From NCBI RefSeq assembly GCF_009914755.1, contig NC_060947.1: DNA of 64,000 nt; one strand, written 5' to 3'. The position numbers and the translations under genes were made by a program. The notes beneath the pieces are model-generated. The model had not been told where the DNA came from. It did not search any database and was given only the letters and a program-made list of their open reading frames with translations. The stretch comes from the human T2T-CHM13v2.0 reference genome, Homo sapiens. This document shows positions 58,813 through 64,000 of this stretch, piece by piece; position 1 is the stretch's first letter, and each line of letters begins with the position of its first letter.

Positions 58813-59239
58813 TCTGCCTTCTATGATTGGGTTTTTCCCCCAGCAGAGCCCAACAGTTTATATCACGTGAAGCTAAGAATCTAGGGGAGGGAGAGTTGTA
58901 CATGTTATGTCTCAATCTTTTCAGACTTCCTAAGTTTTTCTATCTTTTGAGCATTTGCATTTTTCATGTTTGAATCAGAAAAGCCTCCATTTTGGCTGAC
59001 TCTAGCCCTTCACTCTGGGGAGTAGAATGGGCAGGTAGCCATTAGTACACAGGAAGGGAGGGATTTGTGGTATCTTAAAGCCATTGGATTTTATTTATTT
59101 CCAGTTTGCTCAACATTTGTTCCACAGATCTGGAAAGTTTAAAAAGGGGTGGGGATGGAGAGAAAAGGATGAAAATTAACTAGGCCTAGAGAAAAGGATA
59201 AACATATTTTCCTTTCAATATCAAACTAAGGCTCAGAGC

Positions 59240-60218
59240 ATTATTATTATTATTATTATTGAAATAATAATAGGCTGGAGTGCAGTGGCATGATCACAGC
59301 TCACTGCAGCCTTGAACTCCTGGGCTCAAGCGATCTTCCTGCCTCAGCCTCCTGAGTAGCTCGGACTACAGGCATATACCACCATGTCTGACTTATTTTT
59401 CACATTTTTTTCTTTGTTGAAATGGGGTCTTCCTATGTTGCCCAGGCTGGTCTGGAACTTCTGACCTCAAGCAATCCTCCCACCTCAGCCTCCAGAGTAG
59501 CTGGGACTACATGTGCATGTCACCAGACCTGGCTAATTTTTTAAATTTTTTGTATAATGAGGTTTTGCCACGTTGCCCAGGCTGGTCTTGAACACCTAGG
59601 CTTAAGTGAGCCACCCACCTTGGCCTCCCAAAGTGGTGGGATTACAGGCATGAGCCACTGTACCCCACCCCTCAGAGCATTTAAATCTGAAATGGCTTCT
59701 GGGCTTTATTTAATTTTTCTAAAAACTGACCACTGCCGTAACCATCCACATGTCATCTGAAGAGTTGACACTGAGTTCAAGAGTTTGAGGCTACAGTGAG
59801 CTATGATCAGCCCACCGCACTCTAGCATGGGCAACAGAGTGAGACCCGATCTCATTTTTTTTTTTTTTAAGGATGAAGATTTGACACTAGTTGGAGAAAT
59901 GGTTCTACATCTCATTACTAGGATTTTATGAATGTCAGCCCTCTAGCATAAGTAGTAGTTACTTCTTTCAAATTAAAAAAATTTGGATTTTAAAGTAAGA
60001 TAAGCTCATTACAAAAATAAGAAAATGAAAATGACTCATAATCCCACAACGTAGGGATAATTATAGCTTTGTGGTTTGTTGTTTAGGGACATGGTCACCC
60101 AGGCTGGAGCACGGTGGTGCAATCACAGCTCACTGCAGCCTCAAACTTCAAAGGATCCTCACATCTCAGCCTGCTGAGTAGGTAGGACCACAGGCATGTG
60201 CCACCATGGCTGGCTAAT
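59240..60218. mobile_element. Cluster of old Alu pieces (59240-59668 -, three-arm; 59775-59852 +; 60085-60218 -)
   Basis: AluJ-like consensus fragments. Confidence 0.85.
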
Positions 60219-60261
60219 CATTGTTAATATTTCTATTATTTCTTTCTAGTCATTTTTTTTC

Positions 60262-60263
<2 letters not shown>

Positions 60264-60304
<41 letters not shown>
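60264..60304. repeat. (CA)n microsatellite
   Basis: Direct reading. Confidence 0.95.
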
Positions 60305-60305
<1 letters not shown>

Positions 60306-61255
60306 TGGGATTTCACTGTATGTTTGTGTATCCTCCTTTCCCCCACTTAAGTTAGACCATGAGCATTTACTCATGTCATTAAATATTCTTCTAAACATGA
60401 TTTTAAATAATTACATTGCATTTCATAGTATAAATGTTACTGCATAGGATTTCATAGTATGGACAACTTAAGTTTTTTCCACTTTTTCTCTATTTTAAAT
60501 ATTGCCACAATGAATTTCCATGTATTTGTATTTTTTTGTGCATCTCTATTTCCTTTTAGGATAAATCCTTAGAAGGAGAATTACTGGGTGAAAGGATAAG
60601 AACATTGTTAAGGCTTTCGAGCATTTTGCCAAGTTGCCCTGTGGGAGAGTTGTACCAATTTGCATTCCTATTAGTGTTTGAGAATGCCTGACTCACTGCA
60701 TTAACACAGAATATTTTACCATCATATATACATGACACTCTTTTGGATCATTTCAATTCAAATGGCATTTAGTGAGCACCTACTATATGTAGTGTACTGT
60801 GCTAGGCATTAGACTCTCTCCTGTTATACAGCATAAGTGCTAGAGGCATAACACATGTACAAAGATGGTTAAAAATGCAAATGAAATATAACAACACATA
60901 AATCTCTATGGCCAGGGCTGACATCATTCAGCCTTTAAATGGCTACTCATTGAGTAAAGACACTATGCTAGCTAATTTAAAAATTAATTTAGATCTTGTA
61001 AGCACTTAAAAAACCAGAATGCATTAATATGAATCTTGCAAACAATAGAGGTTCCATTGTGATCACTTACACTCTATTTCCTGGTATAAATTAGAGTAGG
61101 AATGGAGAGGAATATTACAAATCCACATCTTTAAAAAAATCAACAATCACAACTCATTTGGGTAAAAGGACAATTTCTGCTTTTGTCAGTTCCCTTTAGA
61201 AAGTTAACCTGTTGGTTATCAGAGAAGGGGGACACTGAACACACAGAAAACTAAC

Positions 61256-61327
61256 CTTCTTCTGGCAGCTGGGGATAATTTGTCAGTTTCCTTTGAAATG
61301 TGGCTTTGTGCTCACTGGTGAAGGCAG
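61256..61327 (-). other. PLAC1: PLAC1 72-nt non-coding 5'UTR exon
   Basis: Acceptor CTTTTTCTGTTCCAG| and donor AAG|GTTAGT. Joined to 25914 it gives ...CCCCAGCTGCCAGAAGAAG-AAATCCTCACTGG, matching my recall of the PLAC1 mRNA leader. Confidence 0.85.
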
Positions 61328-61739
61328 CTGGAACAGAAAAAGCATGACAGACAAAAGCTGAAATCCACATGAAGAAAGGTCTTTTTCCCAAAAACTACTG
61401 CCTGAGTTAGCAACGGTCAGAACAGAAAGTACATGCGTATCTTCCCAGCAACAAGCATATCTGGTACTAGAGAAGGCCCCCTATGTGACAGGAGGCATTT
61501 AGAATGGCTGTAGCCTTGAATAGGGCTGCTGGACAGCATTTGAGCAAACCTTCCCAACCCCATGAAAAATCACACCCTCAAATTAAATCCGTCTAAAACT
61601 GTGACTAAAGAAATGAAAGTATTATGTTTTTCAATCAGTCCAAAGCATTTACTATTCTGAAAAAGAAGACCTACTTACTATATAGTGGATGATGGTGCAA
61701 GAAGTAGAGGTTTCAGTATATGATTTTCAGTTAAAAAGT

Positions 61740-62840
<1,101 letters not shown>

Positions 62841-64000
62841 GCCTATTTGATATTTTTAAACCATGCTCATGTATTACTTGATTTAAAAATAAATGTAGTG
62901 GAAAATGCACTGGACTGGGAATCCAGAAACCTGATCTCTAACCCTAATTCTGCACTAATTGATCAAATCCCTTCCCCTTTCTGGACCTTGGTTTCTACAT
63001 CTGTATGATAAAGGGGTTGGACTATACGATGTTTAAGGTCCCTTTCATACCTAAAGAAAATTATAAAATTAGATTACTTACATATCCACAATTCTTTGTT
63101 AAATGCCAAGCTATGAAACATGCATTTTTATTTTTAAAGCCGTAAGAGACTAACTCATCAAATTCAACTGTCTCTTTTCAACTGCTGAAGAAACCAAGAC
63201 ACAGATTCACTAAAAGATTCACTTGGAATGACAGTTAATTGGCAACAGAGCTAGGACTAGAGCTCAGGGCTCCTCATGGCTCTTTCTGTTGCACCACACA
63301 GCTTCTCCTAGGCCTAATGGAATCAGTCCTGGGCACCAGGGCTGACAAAAATTCCCTTGGACAACACCAGGGGTGTAATTCACATGCTGAAATGGTTTCA
63401 TTGGCCTGGGAGATGAGTCAGAATTTTGGAAGTGGTCCCTGACATAAGCATGTATGATGCAATACCATAGGCATTCCAAAGTTGATCAAGGCTATGTTAA
63501 AATTCCAATTTTAGGATTCCATTCCCTAATAATTGTCCAATAAGCTGCCCTTGGCAGCTACTGCCAGCCTACTGACTTCCCCTTTTGTGTGACAGGAATC
63601 CCACTACTCAGAAATATCACCATTCACATTCTGATGTAAAACAATGGGCTCATCCGTTTTTTCTCATCAGCCTTTCATCTCTAGGGCCTCTCAGCTTGTG
63701 GCATGATTCACTGAAATACATCAAACATGACAGAAGATGCAAGCATTTGGAAACTTACATCAGCCATCATCAAATTAAAAAGGTATCTTGATATGATTTA
63801 GCAATCATCCTTGGAAGAGAGTTGAAACAGACCCCTGACTTTGACCACACCATCTTCCTAGGGAAGACCTTCCATGTTGACCAGTAAGCAAGCTAAAAGT
63901 ATGTGTTTTGCCAACCATTTCCTCCCCCTTTGCTGGGGCCTGCAGGCTCACTTGCCCCTCATCGCACAAGGTCTGGGGTTTACAGAATAAGGACACCATT

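Overview
Human (or great-ape) genomic DNA recognisable as the Xq26.3 'H19X'/PLAC1 region. The first ~13 kb has no Alu and carries three CpG islands, the minus-strand miRNA hairpins miR-542, miR-503 and miR-424, and splice signals consistent with their host lncRNA MIR503HG. A divergent plus-strand lncRNA (probably LINC00629) appears to start at the ~9 kb CpG island. The only clear protein-coding sequence is PLAC1 (minus strand, single coding exon 25218-25856, ZP-N-domain placental protein). A 72-nt PLAC1 5'UTR exon lies at 61256-61327, so 25.9-61.3 kb is one ~35-kb intron rich in Alu, L1, MaLR/ERVL LTRs, MIR, L2 and microsatellites. The most notable unexplained signal is an 18-codon ORF (MKFKKFFDFGAIFEWSQR, 8396-8452, minus strand). 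It opens at the first ATG downstream of the CpG-island promoter, overlaps a YY1-type motif, and is followed by ~2 kb of 3'UTR-like sequence and a poly(A) signal just upstream of miR-424. This suggests a micropeptide mRNA coupled to the pri-miRNA cluster. Gene names rest on my recall of these sequences, not a database search. Repeat boundaries and subfamilies are by eye and approximate.
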